DNA from: Pseudomonas phage HPP-Temi
Sequence record: PP968062.1
Reading direction: 5' to 3' (one strand)
Length of the DNA stretch: 64,000 nt
Shown: positions 29,012 through 39,046 of the stretch, piece after piece
Position numbering within the stretch: the first letter of the stretch is position 1
Layout of the letters: the number at the start of each line of letters is the position of its first letter
The notes under the pieces: model-generated
What the model saw: only the letters and a program-made list of their open reading frames with translations
Told to the model about the DNA's origin: nothing
Databases searched by the model: none
Position numbers and translations under genes: made by a program

Positions 29012-29052
29012 ACATAGCATAAAGGGGAACCGCGTGGTTCCCCGATATGACG
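29012..29052 (-). terminator. hairpin (ggggaacc-gcgt-ggttcccc) with CATAGCATAAAG flank; on minus, CCCCTTTATGCTATG
   Basis: Family member, nearly identical in its flanks to the 26262 copy. Confidence 0.55.
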
Positions 29053-30351
29053 TCAACGCAGACGCTTCTGTTCTTCTTCCGTAGGTTTACGAAGAGGAGC
29101 TTGATAAGCCTTAAGTTCCAAGTCAGCTACAAGAGCAAGACTTGCGATCAGGCGAATCATTCCAGCGAGTGTGTTGTTATAGTCGATGATCATCCGCATG
29201 ACGTTATTGAGAATCATGGTTAGATCGTTAACAACGTTGGATACGGCTGGGCGAGCTTCATCACGCTCCTCTTCACCCGGTTTCTTACGACCTTGGCTCT
29301 GGCGGAGTTGGCCAGCTTTAACACGGATCTTCTCGGCAGATTGTTCCAGCTTCCGTAGTTGCACGGAGATCTTCTGGTCATAACCTTTACGGGATTGGAG
29401 ACGCTTAGCCAGTCCAAGCAATACACCTAGACGTTGACGGATAGCGTTTACAGGAGATACCTGAATAACATTATCACCATCGTTCATTGGCTTCTGTTCA
29501 GGGACCGTGTAATACTTAAAACGGAAGTCACGGATAGAGTTAACCATGAACTGCCAGTCTTTAAGTTTCTCGGTTTTGGTCTCGCTAGGTCCAGAGAAAT
29601 AAATGGCCTTGTTACCCTGAGTAAGTCCAGAACGGAATAACGTTGCATTAACCCGGAATCGGTCGTCTTGTTCTACTTCAATAGCACCCTTCATCCAGCG
29701 CTTGGCGTTGAAGATCTCAAACCGGATGGTAGAGTCATCAGTCCACTCTTCGTCTAGAGTAAGTGTATTGAAGGTCTTATCAATTGCAACAAGATAAGGA
29801 ATAAAGACTTTGTCATAGAAGTCGATGGTGTTCTGGGTTTGTTCCAGAGCAGGACGAATCTCTGTCGGAGAGAACTCGCCATTGATATTGAACTTCTTCG
29901 CTTTCCTCAGTTCGATCTCAGGTTTGAATGGTTTCGTCTCATTCAAGTTAGAGGCCATTTCGTAAAGCATATTGATGCGCTCTACGGTTCGATCGATACC
30001 AGCCATCAGTACTTTAGCATAGCCGTATAGATCACTGTTCGCTCTTTTAATTTCTACTTTTGTGCGTTCCCAAACCTGCCTGCTAGAATCACTAATATCC
30101 TCGGTAGAAATAACATTAGTGAAGCCGAATTTATCAACTGCATAAGCAAGCATCTCAGGGCTAGTGGTCTCGTAGTTATTCTGAATAAAAGTATCCAGAC
30201 GTTCTAGAGATTCCATCCCAGTGAAAAGCTTATCCAGTTTTTCTGCGCAAACATCGAACTCGTTGAAGTCAGCTTCAATCGAGACGGACAGATCGACGGG
30301 TGTTACCCCGTCGACTGCGTTAGGTTGGGAATGGTCAACTGAGTCAACCAT
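29053..30351 (-). CDS. hypothetical protein, 432 aa (probable late/virion protein)
   Basis: Long ORF. Confidence 0.65.
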   Translation of the reverse strand: MVDSVDHSQPNAVDGVTPVDLSVSIEADFNEFDVCAEKLDKLFTGMESLERLDTFIQNNYETTSPEMLAYAVDKFGFTNVISTEDISDSSRQVWERTKVEIKRANSDLYGYAKVLMAGIDRTVERINMLYEMASNLNETKPFKPEIELRKAKKFNINGEFSPTEIRPALEQTQNTIDFYDKVFIPYLVAIDKTFNTLTLDEEWTDDSTIRFEIFNAKRWMKGAIEVEQDDRFRVNATLFRSGLTQGNKAIYFSGPSETKTEKLKDWQFMVNSIRDFRFKYYTVPEQKPMNDGDNVIQVSPVNAIRQRLGVLLGLAKRLQSRKGYDQKISVQLRKLEQSAEKIRVKAGQLRQSQGRKKPGEEERDEARPAVSNVVNDLTMILNNVMRMIIDYNNTLAGMIRLIASLALVADLELKAYQAPLRKPTEEEQKRLR

Positions 30352-30361
30352 GGACCCCTCC

Positions 30362-30901
30362 TCAGTTATTTATCTTTTCAGGGACACTACCAAACAACAT
30401 GTTCAGTGTGTACATGAGATCGTCAAAGCCACCTTTCCGTTTCAGCCATGCTTGAAGCATTGCATCTACATCCGGAGACAGACCGTAGCTCAGGAACAGC
30501 TCAGCGATATCACGACGGTCTTCGATCAGTTGAAGACCAGCCGGCGGCTCAGCAGTAAGAAGCATCGGCCAGGAATGAATGCTCATCCGACGTGTACCAG
30601 TTGCAATGAAGCGAACGGTATCTTTCAGGAAAGCGTAGTTGTGATCAGCGATCAGTGCGTTGTTGTCTTGACGGATGAACCAGTTATAGTTACCATCAAA
30701 CTTAACACGTGCTAGGTCGATTACACGCTTACGGAATTCCCAATAGACGGTACGACGAGGGAAGTTGGTATACTCGATCATCAGCTCAACTACCCGAGGA
30801 TCACCTTGACGCATGGTGAAACGTTGAGTAGCTTTAGCTTGACCACCGGAATACTCACGGCTAGCATCGAAAGGTTTGACTGCATTAGTAGGCATGGTCA
30901 A
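30362..30901 (-). CDS. hypothetical protein, 179 aa
   Basis: ORF. Confidence 0.6.
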   Translation of the reverse strand: MTMPTNAVKPFDASREYSGGQAKATQRFTMRQGDPRVVELMIEYTNFPRRTVYWEFRKRVIDLARVKFDGNYNWFIRQDNNALIADHNYAFLKDTVRFIATGTRRMSIHSWPMLLTAEPPAGLQLIEDRRDIAELFLSYGLSPDVDAMLQAWLKRKGGFDDLMYTLNMLFGSVPEKINN

Positions 30902-30905
30902 CTCC

Positions 30906-31799
30906 TTAGTTTACGCCGGCACGTTCTTCGATCTTAGCGATCTCGTATTCGTAGGCGGAGATACGACGCTCGTAAGCTTCGATTTGTTTCTGAAGTACAG
31001 GGCTGGTCGGTTCTTTAGCCAGAAGAGCACGCAGTTCTTCCAGACGAAGCTGGAGACCGTAGTATTCTTCTTGAGCTACGTTGTAACGTTCAGCTTGCAT
31101 TTCAGCAATCAGCTTGCCGATAATCAGGAACGGGTTTTGACGAGGCGAGAAGCCAGCCATACCCAGCGGGTCAGTCTTAGTCAGACCGAGGTTCTGTTGA
31201 GCGACTTGGAAAGTAGCTTCGTCAACAGTAGCATTAGAAGCAGCATTCAGCTTAGACTTCAGAGCTTGAGGTTGCAGAACCATTGCCGGGTACAGAGCAG
31301 CAAACTGCTCCATGTTGGTTTCGATCCAATCGGATTCCGCCGAGGTCCAAGCGGCACGGGTAGCTTTACCATGAAGGGCAGCTTCTTGGGCAACAAGGAA
31401 CAGAAGGTACTTACGACCGAAGCGAATGTAGAAAGCCAGACCTTCAATGAACTTGAGCATGTTAGCCCGGTCGAAGGTCAGGTTGGTGTTGGTGAACTGG
31501 ATAGAGAACAAGCTACGGATTTCTTTACGGATAACTTCGAAGTTACCACGGATGTTGTCCAGAGAACCGAGCATCAGATCGATAGCCGGAGAGTTAAAGT
31601 TAATCCCACGGCGCAGTACCATTTCCATCCGCTTAGCGAGATTGGATTTCAGGGGAATACCCTGGAAGGCCTCCCGAACGTCTGCAACGATCGGGGCCAG
31701 TGTATCGTCATATTCAGTCTGGAGTTGATCCAGAACGTTCAGCAGTTGACGACGCTCCATTACAGGTGCAAGCTGCTGGACATAGTTAAGAATACTCAT
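30906..31799 (-). CDS. hypothetical protein, 297 aa
   Basis: ORF. Confidence 0.6.
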   Translation of the reverse strand: MSILNYVQQLAPVMERRQLLNVLDQLQTEYDDTLAPIVADVREAFQGIPLKSNLAKRMEMVLRRGINFNSPAIDLMLGSLDNIRGNFEVIRKEIRSLFSIQFTNTNLTFDRANMLKFIEGLAFYIRFGRKYLLFLVAQEAALHGKATRAAWTSAESDWIETNMEQFAALYPAMVLQPQALKSKLNAASNATVDEATFQVAQQNLGLTKTDPLGMAGFSPRQNPFLIIGKLIAEMQAERYNVAQEEYYGLQLRLEELRALLAKEPTSPVLQKQIEAYERRISAYEYEIAKIEERAGVN

Positions 31800-31814
31800 C
31801 TGTCATGTCCTTAG

Positions 31815-32993
31815 TTAAATGTTGGTTTGCATCTGTTTGCTGAACATCTTGAAGATTTCAGTGATGTCCTGACCTTTGGATTTCTCGGCCATCTTGATTT
31901 CGTCGATACGGAAGCTCGAAGAGATATCCACACCACGATGATAGATGGTCACACGCTGCCAGCGCTCGTCAACAACGATCAGCATCAACAGGTAGCTGTT
32001 GTCGAATATTTTGCGACGGGTATTAGCGTCTTCCAGCTTGCCATACAGAGCGTTAGCAGTTTCTTTCATAGTCGAAGCGGAAACTACAGCAATGTTGGAT
32101 GCATCAGCCATGGATACACGGCCAGTCTGAACAGACTTGCTCAGGTTGTTACGACGGCGATCAGTGATTTCCTTGTAGACACCAGACTTGTCACTTACCA
32201 GAGCAGCGAAGTGAGCATCGATCATATCCTGACCGAGAACGAAGTCGCGCCAGAAACGAATCTGACCAGTCTTAACCAGGAAGAGGCGATGACCCCAAGT
32301 ATCACGTCCGCCGGCACTAAAGATATGAGTAAGAGTCTGCGACGGAACTGCTGCCGGAATCAGACGAATGAGCACAGGTAGTTTTGCCTTGGCGTCACCA
32401 TCGGTGATTTCAACGTTCAGCAGCTTACCAACAGCGAGGTTCTCAGTTTCGTATACTTTCTGGGTATCGCCCGAAGACATACGAGGAGAAGCTTCTTTCT
32501 TATCACCTTTCTTACGATCATCGTCTTTCGATTGTTCGAATGCTTCTTGCGAGTATTCGGCAATCAGTTCAGGACGGATCTTTTGGTTGAACGATTCCAG
32601 AGACGGGAAACCGTTCTGGTAGTTCTCTTTGGAGAACACAGCGCCACTAACATCAGCACCGATCGAACGGTACGGGTTCAGGCTGTCGAATACTTTGAGA
32701 GTATCGATCTTACCAACACCAAGTACCATGTTAACAGCTTGCAGATAATATCCAGCGAACTGGCTCAGTGCCATCTTCAGGATATCTTGCATGTACGGTT
32801 GGTCGACCAGAACGCTATCAATGATAGCGAGAGGCTCAACCCGACACGGGCGAGTCAAATCGGCAAGAGAGTTGATCTCCATGCTATTTTTGGTCGCATT
32901 AAGGACTGTGGTCATAAGACCTTTAAAAGCTTGGCTACCGGCAGCAGCACCCGCTGCGCCAGCCATAGCACCAGCTACGATTGGTAGTGGCAT
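31815..32993 (-). CDS. hypothetical protein, 392 aa (G/A-rich N-terminus)
   Basis: ORF. Confidence 0.65.
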   Translation of the reverse strand: MPLPIVAGAMAGAAGAAAGSQAFKGLMTTVLNATKNSMEINSLADLTRPCRVEPLAIIDSVLVDQPYMQDILKMALSQFAGYYLQAVNMVLGVGKIDTLKVFDSLNPYRSIGADVSGAVFSKENYQNGFPSLESFNQKIRPELIAEYSQEAFEQSKDDDRKKGDKKEASPRMSSGDTQKVYETENLAVGKLLNVEITDGDAKAKLPVLIRLIPAAVPSQTLTHIFSAGGRDTWGHRLFLVKTGQIRFWRDFVLGQDMIDAHFAALVSDKSGVYKEITDRRRNNLSKSVQTGRVSMADASNIAVVSASTMKETANALYGKLEDANTRRKIFDNSYLLMLIVVDERWQRVTIYHRGVDISSSFRIDEIKMAEKSKGQDITEIFKMFSKQMQTNI

Positions 32994-33034
32994 CGTTCTC
33001 TTCCTTCATTGGTTCGCAGAGATTTGAAAAAATG

Positions 33035-34075
33035 GCATTAAGTGATTATCTAACGCAAATTACACAGAACATTGGGATGTCGCCGCGCGATCGTTCCATT
33101 GAAGATTCCTTCAAAGGCCTGAACATCACAGGTCGTAACAATGCGATTTCGTTAAATACAGAAAACCATGGTTATACTTTCTTTACCCGCCCATTGCTGA
33201 ACTTGGCTGAGGATAACTGCATGGTGGACAGACGTCTGTCCATGATCCTGAATCCTAACCCACAAAGTATCGAGCGTATGGTTAGGGCATATTTGGATCC
33301 ACGAGCTCATAGTGAGGGTGGCACAACATGGTGCGCTGGAGTAGATCCTCTTAACCCTTTCATCCCTTTGCTCAGTAACAACTTGATTAGTCTTACTGGC
33401 TGGGAAGATTTCACTATCAACTTGGGAACCACAACTCCCGGTGTGTACCGTGACGTAATGTCCTACGTGGACGACGTGCCATATCAGTACAACACCTACG
33501 ATTTACAGGCGACGTTCCGCAATATTGCTGGAGATCCTATAACATGGATGTTCAAGATCTGGCTAGTCTATATGGGTCTCAATCGTGAGGGTCGTATCCT
33601 ACCTTATCCAGATTTGCTGATGTTAAACGAATACGATGCGAACACTCGTATCTATCGCTTAGTGATGGACTCTACTAAGACGTTTGTTACCCGAATTGCA
33701 GCTTGTGGTGCAGCGCTTCCAATGAACGCTCCTACAGGTCAGATCATCAACTTTACAGGCGATGGCGCAGAGACTCCGTTCCAAACTGCTAGTGATCAAC
33801 TCAACTTTAGTTTCCGTTGTATGGGAATGACAATTTACGATCATATCTTGATCTATGAGTTTAATGATCTTGTTGAAACATTTAACCCGCTAATGCGTGA
33901 CAACAATAGGGGTCGTCTGACTCAGAAGTTGAAACAGCATGAAAAGAAATGGTTTAACTTCCAAGCCTATCCATATATCAACGGTACTACCATGGAACTC
34001 GAATGGCATGTACCGAAATCTATCTACGAACAGTTGGCTGGTGGGAACCTGACCCGCGGATTCAATCCAAGTTGA
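33035..34075 (+). CDS. hypothetical protein, about 346 aa (ATG MALSDYL preferred over the track's TTG at 32981)
   Basis: The track ORF starts at TTG 32981, inside a divergent overlap; the first ATG is at 33035. Confidence 0.55.
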   Translation, partial: ALSDYLTQITQNIGMSPRDRSIEDSFKGLNITGRNNAISLNTENHGYTFFTRPLLNLAEDNCMVDRRLSMILNPNPQSIERMVRAYLDPRAHSEGGTTWCAGVDPLNPFIPLLSNNLISLTGWEDFTINLGTTTPGVYRDVMSYVDDVPYQYNTYDLQATFRNIAGDPITWMFKIWLVYMGLNREGRILPYPDLLMLNEYDANTRIYRLVMDSTKTFVTRIAACGAALPMNAPTGQIINFTGDGAETPFQTASDQLNFSFRCMGMTIYDHILIYEFNDLVETFNPLMRDNNRGRLTQKLKQHEKKWFNFQAYPYINGTTMELEWHVPKSIYEQLAGGNLTRGFNPS

Positions 34076-34085
34076 GGAAATTTTA

Positions 34086-37001
34086 ATGAGTCAGTTTAAA
34101 GAACGGATGTATAGTGCACGACGCAACCCCGCGTTGATGCAGACCATCGCTCTTAATGAACTGGATGCGCAAATAAACGGCTCTGGTAACGGAGCCGTTG
34201 TTGCAGATATTCCAGATGCTTCCATTCCGTTCGTATTCTCTCTTGAATGCGGATCGATGGAAACCGCCATGGCTATCAGCGAGATGGAAGCTCTTGGTCG
34301 TCAGCTATATCCTCGTCTGTCCCTGAACAACGAAGAAATCTACAAGCACATGTCCGATGACGATTACATTGGACGTTTCGCTTCTCCGGCTAAGACACCG
34401 TTTAACTTCTTGATCGCTTATGATGAAATTATCGCTAAAGCCGTCCCCGTCGGTAACACCGGTATCCGTAAACTTATTATCCCTCGTCTGACCGAGTTCG
34501 ATGCTGCTGGTATTAAGTTCACTATGCAGTACCCGATTGAAATTCGTGTAATGCGTCATGGTGGCATCACGATTGAATATGTACTCGATAAGACTTCTCC
34601 CGTTGAGACCCTTTCTACTAACATTGTCCCTTGGACCATGTTGGTTATCGATCGTCGTAAAGTCGTGTCACTCCAGATTCCGGTTTATCAGTTTGCAGTT
34701 AAGACCCATACTGAATCCCTGAACCCATCGAGCTTGTTCCAACAGTCTTATCCATTCACTGATAAGTTCTTCTATGCTCGGGCTTATATTAGCCGTGCAG
34801 AGAATGATCAATGGGAGGAAGTTAAGACTACCCACTCCGATCTCGTTTATGACCCGATGAATCTGACCGTAGTGTTTAAGGTAGTGGGTAATAAACTCCA
34901 GGTGAGTATCCCGACTATCTACACCAATACACGGATGGCTCAAGGCGATATTCGAATCGACATCTATACCACTCAAGGTAAGATGGATCGTGATCTGGGT
35001 TCGTACAAAGCTAACCAGTTTAAATTCTGGCTGAATGACATCGATGATGATCGCACCTTTGTATCCCCTCTTACTACCTTTAACTTGATTCAAGCTTTGG
35101 CTCGTGGTCGTGTAGAGGGTGGCGCAGATTCGGTAGACTTCAACGTACTCCGTAACCAAGTTATCAATAACACCCTGGGTGCTAACCAGGTACCAATCAC
35201 TAACGTACAGATCGAAGATGCTGTTCAACGTCGTGGTTATACCTTAGTATCCAACATCGATAACATTACCAATCGTCAGTTCCTCGCCTCAAGACGTCTA
35301 GGAGAGCCTAGAGCGCTCGATGTTATTTCTGGTGCTGGCGTTGCTATGTCTCAGCTAAAGGTTGATATGGAGTCCCTAGCGGGCTCTGTACACGTGTTTG
35401 ACAATGGTGATCGTCTCACTATCAAACCGAGCATGCTTTATACGTTCAACAAAGGACGTGTGAACACTGTAGCCGATGCTGAGATTACTCGACTGACTGG
35501 CAGCACTGCCGAACAGATCGCTCGTGAAGTAAACAACGGTCGTTACGTATATTCTCCTTTCCACAACGTACTCGATGCATCGCGTGAGAACTTTGAGGTT
35601 CGTCCTTATTACTTGGATAACCCGACTATCACTGAGAAGATCTTCGTTGGCGAGAACGATACAGCTAACCTACAAGCAGCTATCGATGTATTCAATATCG
35701 AGAAGACTGAAGATGGTTATCGGATTACTGTTCGTTTGGAATCCGGAGAGCAGTTCAAGAAACTGGCCGATGAGCAGATCGTATTGCAAATTGGTTATCA
35801 ACCTCCAGGTGAGAATCGTTGGGCTTCCGTTAACGGTAAGTTCATCGGCATTGAAGATGAAGAACGCGTATTCGCTTTCGATATCAAGACAAGGCATGAC
35901 ATCAACTCGAAGAATGAACTGTATACGACTAACATGTCGATGTTCTCTGACGTACAGAACAACTTCGCTACTCCGTTGAACACTCTGCTTGACGTTACCA
36001 TCATGGTAGTCAATACTACAACTCCAGGTTATCAACCTAACGTGATCGATGAGATGGTTCAGGTTCACCTGCTCCCTCAGCAATTCATGGTTGTAAACCG
36101 TGAACGCCTCGTAACTGTATTGGGTTACGACATGACCAAGATGTGGCGGCGTAGCCGTACTGTTCTGGGTGATGAATCGTATCAACATTGGGACCACGAT
36201 GTAATGTGGTTCTATGAGGAGAATGAGTATCAGCGTGACGAACAAGGTAACATTATTGTTGAGATTCTTCCTAACGGTCAACTCGACTACAAGATCCTCC
36301 ACAAGAAAGGAGATCCTGTTCTGGATGCCAATGACGTTCAAGTTAAGAAGCATCAACGTGGTGATGTTATTCTAGACACTAATGGTCGACCTGTATTGGT
36401 TGCTCCTCGTAAGCGTCTTCGTGAAATCACTCTGATGATGGTCGATGGTTTGTTCTACTTCGCTAACGAGAAATCCGCTCTTGACTACAAAATCGAGATT
36501 CCGATGGAGTTCGTTACTTGGCTGGCAAACGACATCTCTATTCTTGATGCACAACTTCTTGAGATGTGCGAGATGTATCTCTATCCGACTACTACTTACG
36601 GTGACACTACTGTTACTGTTCGTGAAGGTCAGAAGGCTACCATCTCCGTAGACCAAGCGTTCACTCTTAGCTTCTATTTGAAGCCTGCTGAATACACCAA
36701 CACTACAATCCGTCCGAGCCTGATGTCTAATGGTAAGTCGGTATTAAACGAGTATATCAGTCGTAAGACTGTGTCGATGTCCGAGACAGTTGCACAACTG
36801 GAAGCTACCTCGGGTGATGGCGTACAAGCACTTGAAGTGTTCGGTCTGGGTGGCACTGACAACTACGCAATCCTTACAGTAGAAGACGATGCAGTTCGTT
36901 TGGCTATTCGTAAGAAGCTGGTTGTACTGGCTAACCAAGAACTGACTGTGGAGGATGACGTGCAGTTCAACTTCCTCAAACATGAAGTGCTTTCGAACTA
37001 A
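34086..37001 (+). CDS. large hypothetical protein, 971 aa (candidate major structural protein)
   Basis: Longest ORF in the window; ends at a bidirectional hairpin. Confidence 0.7.
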   Translation: MSQFKERMYSARRNPALMQTIALNELDAQINGSGNGAVVADIPDASIPFVFSLECGSMETAMAISEMEALGRQLYPRLSLNNEEIYKHMSDDDYIGRFASPAKTPFNFLIAYDEIIAKAVPVGNTGIRKLIIPRLTEFDAAGIKFTMQYPIEIRVMRHGGITIEYVLDKTSPVETLSTNIVPWTMLVIDRRKVVSLQIPVYQFAVKTHTESLNPSSLFQQSYPFTDKFFYARAYISRAENDQWEEVKTTHSDLVYDPMNLTVVFKVVGNKLQVSIPTIYTNTRMAQGDIRIDIYTTQGKMDRDLGSYKANQFKFWLNDIDDDRTFVSPLTTFNLIQALARGRVEGGADSVDFNVLRNQVINNTLGANQVPITNVQIEDAVQRRGYTLVSNIDNITNRQFLASRRLGEPRALDVISGAGVAMSQLKVDMESLAGSVHVFDNGDRLTIKPSMLYTFNKGRVNTVADAEITRLTGSTAEQIAREVNNGRYVYSPFHNVLDASRENFEVRPYYLDNPTITEKIFVGENDTANLQAAIDVFNIEKTEDGYRITVRLESGEQFKKLADEQIVLQIGYQPPGENRWASVNGKFIGIEDEERVFAFDIKTRHDINSKNELYTTNMSMFSDVQNNFATPLNTLLDVTIMVVNTTTPGYQPNVIDEMVQVHLLPQQFMVVNRERLVTVLGYDMTKMWRRSRTVLGDESYQHWDHDVMWFYEENEYQRDEQGNIIVEILPNGQLDYKILHKKGDPVLDANDVQVKKHQRGDVILDTNGRPVLVAPRKRLREITLMMVDGLFYFANEKSALDYKIEIPMEFVTWLANDISILDAQLLEMCEMYLYPTTTYGDTTVTVREGQKATISVDQAFTLSFYLKPAEYTNTTIRPSLMSNGKSVLNEYISRKTVSMSETVAQLEATSGDGVQALEVFGLGGTDNYAILTVEDDAVRLAIRKKLVVLANQELTVEDDVQFNFLKHEVLSN

Positions 37002-37002
37002 G

Positions 37003-37040
37003 CGGCATAAAGCCCGGCCTTGAGCCGGGCAATATGTCGT
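37003..37040. terminator. bidirectional hairpin (gcccggcc-ttga-gccgggc) with CATAAAG / CAATATGTCGTT flanks between convergent genes
   Basis: Family member at a convergence point. Confidence 0.6.
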
Positions 37041-38278
37041 TAAACACCGAGTTCGCGTTTGATCTCTTCAAACTTCTTATTCAGTGCTTCCCAGCCCGCG
37101 TCAGCTACATCGCTAACAACGTGTGCGTAGAAGTCTTCACGAACGATATCGTGAGCCTTGATGAAGAAGTTAGCGTAGGTCGCACCGGCTTTGTACTGAT
37201 ACAACGGCAGCTTATGGAAGATGTTAACCATGTCATTCAATGCTTCGATGCCAGTATTGATACTCTCAACAGTGGCTTGTAGCTGTGACATAGGTACAAC
37301 CGATTCTTCGAAATCATAACGACGGATCTTGCGAAGTTCATCTGCACACTGACCGTAGATATCGTAGATGAAACGGTACGAGAAAGCTTCACGCTTCAGC
37401 ATACGCTTAGAATCTTCGAAGAAACGAACACCAACACGTTTGTGCTTGATGTAGAAGTTAGGATCGTCAGATTGAGTATCCATGTTCTTCAGAGTTTCAG
37501 CCAAAGACTTAAGACGCGGACCAACGTGAGAATCGAAACCAAGTTCCAGACGGGAACGGTCCATTACCTGACGTACTTGACGGACTTGTTCAAGTAGCTG
37601 AGCGCCATACTTCTGAGCTTCTTGTTGGAGGTTACGTACACGACGAAGATCGTCATCTACACCAAAAGCCAGAAGACCCAGATCAGAACGAGGGAGCTTA
37701 GGATCAAGCAGAACAACTTCAGCAGCTTCGTAGTACTTACGATCTAGATTACGAGTACCAAGCTTGTTCATGGCTTGCATCGCTTTCCAGTTCGATTCCA
37801 GTTTGACGATCTGGCCGTTGATGCTATCAATACGACCTTGGATGAGTTCATCAGTCATCGTGAGAGACTTAACCCAACGCCAGGCTTTAGCTACGAAGTC
37901 AATCAGAGCACGGAACCATTCCTTGATAGTAGCAAGGATAGCTGCACCGATAGCTTCATTAGAAACTTTCATGTTAAGGCTGGTACGCGTCGGAGTGAAC
38001 AGTGAGTTATAGTTCTCAAGGGAAGGATATACCGGAACATTCAGACCGATCGATTCCATGGAACTATGGATGTTACGAAGAGCAGTGATGTCGTGCGAGG
38101 ATACACCTTCTGCTTTGATAGTAGCACGCAGCTCAGTCAGAGTAGTTAGATGCTCCAGTGCAGCGTGTACTTTGGTTTGCAGTTCGGGGTCAAGTTGAAC
38201 ACCGGCTACGGGTTCTGCTTCAACCTCTCGATCAAGCAGTCGTTGTTCTTCAAAAAGAACATCTTCATGTTCATGCAT
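37040..38278 (-). CDS. paralog-family protein, about 412 aa (start moved to the ATG with an AAGGT SD)
   Basis: Motif SLENYNSLFTPTRTSLNMKVSNEAIGAAILATIKEWFRALIDFV parallels the GLESYD block. Confidence 0.65.
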   Translation of the reverse strand: MHEHEDVLFEEQRLLDREVEAEPVAGVQLDPELQTKVHAALEHLTTLTELRATIKAEGVSSHDITALRNIHSSMESIGLNVPVYPSLENYNSLFTPTRTSLNMKVSNEAIGAAILATIKEWFRALIDFVAKAWRWVKSLTMTDELIQGRIDSINGQIVKLESNWKAMQAMNKLGTRNLDRKYYEAAEVVLLDPKLPRSDLGLLAFGVDDDLRRVRNLQQEAQKYGAQLLEQVRQVRQVMDRSRLELGFDSHVGPRLKSLAETLKNMDTQSDDPNFYIKHKRVGVRFFEDSKRMLKREAFSYRFIYDIYGQCADELRKIRRYDFEESVVPMSQLQATVESINTGIEALNDMVNIFHKLPLYQYKAGATYANFFIKAHDIVREDFYAHVVSDVADAGWEALNKKFEEIKRELGV

Positions 38279-38573
38279 TTTCATTACCTTTAGAATGCTC
38301 GTGGAGCTTGTCACGTAGGAGGTACAACTCTAAACGAATAATCTCCTCAATCGCCTTACGTCGTGCAACAATAACACCACGCTTAGAATCGAAGGCAGTT
38401 TTATTCGCAACAATTGCATCGGTGACTATCCGATGTCCATTACTTAGTTTAGTAATGCAGACAGTCACCAACATTTCAGGGTCAGAGATGATCTTCTCTT
38501 TAACAATTAACGACTTGGCGTATGCTTTAGTAATCCTAGGATGCACCAAATCGTCATGGGTATGGTCGACCAT
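38271..38573 (-). CDS. hypothetical protein, 100 aa
   Basis: ORF. Confidence 0.5.
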   Translation of the reverse strand: MVDHTHDDLVHPRITKAYAKSLIVKEKIISDPEMLVTVCITKLSNGHRIVTDAIVANKTAFDSKRGVIVARRKAIEEIIRLELYLLRDKLHEHSKGNENA

Positions 38574-38590
38574 GACGACCCCTCCCTGAC

Positions 38591-39031
38591 TTAGCCTTCT
38601 ACTTCAAGCTGGCGCAGAACGTTAGTCACTTCGTTTTGGCACTTGGCGAATTCGTAGCGGCTAGCGAGCATTTGTGCGGTAGCGGTTTCATCGCTGGTCT
38701 GATATTCTTCAGCGGTAACAGATTTCATCGCAGCTTCAACGATAGCCGGATCAGTTACACAGTTAATCAGTTCCAGACGAATACGGACGATCTGCTTGAA
38801 CAGTTCAGTAGCAAGTTTCAGATCGAGAGCAATGTTCTCGTTAACCTGACCAGCTACTTTACGGAGCATGGGCATATGCGCATCGATCAGCTCTTCACAG
38901 GAAAGGCTCGGATCGAGTTGAACATAGAAACCAACAGCGTTAGCTACGAACATAGCGCGAGCTTGACGATCATTGTTGGTCGGAGATTTGATTTCTTTCA
39001 GGATGCGGGCAATTTCAAAACCAGTACGCAT
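38591..39031 (-). CDS. hypothetical protein, 146 aa
   Basis: ORF. Confidence 0.55.
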   Translation of the reverse strand: MRTGFEIARILKEIKSPTNNDRQARAMFVANAVGFYVQLDPSLSCEELIDAHMPMLRKVAGQVNENIALDLKLATELFKQIVRIRLELINCVTDPAIVEAAMKSVTAEEYQTSDETATAQMLASRYEFAKCQNEVTNVLRQLEVEG

Positions 39032-39046
39032 TTCGGTCTACCTTGT

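Noticed and set aside
30876-31814. Plus-strand 312-aa ORF antisense to genes 30906..31799 and others.
   Set aside because: Shadow ORF.
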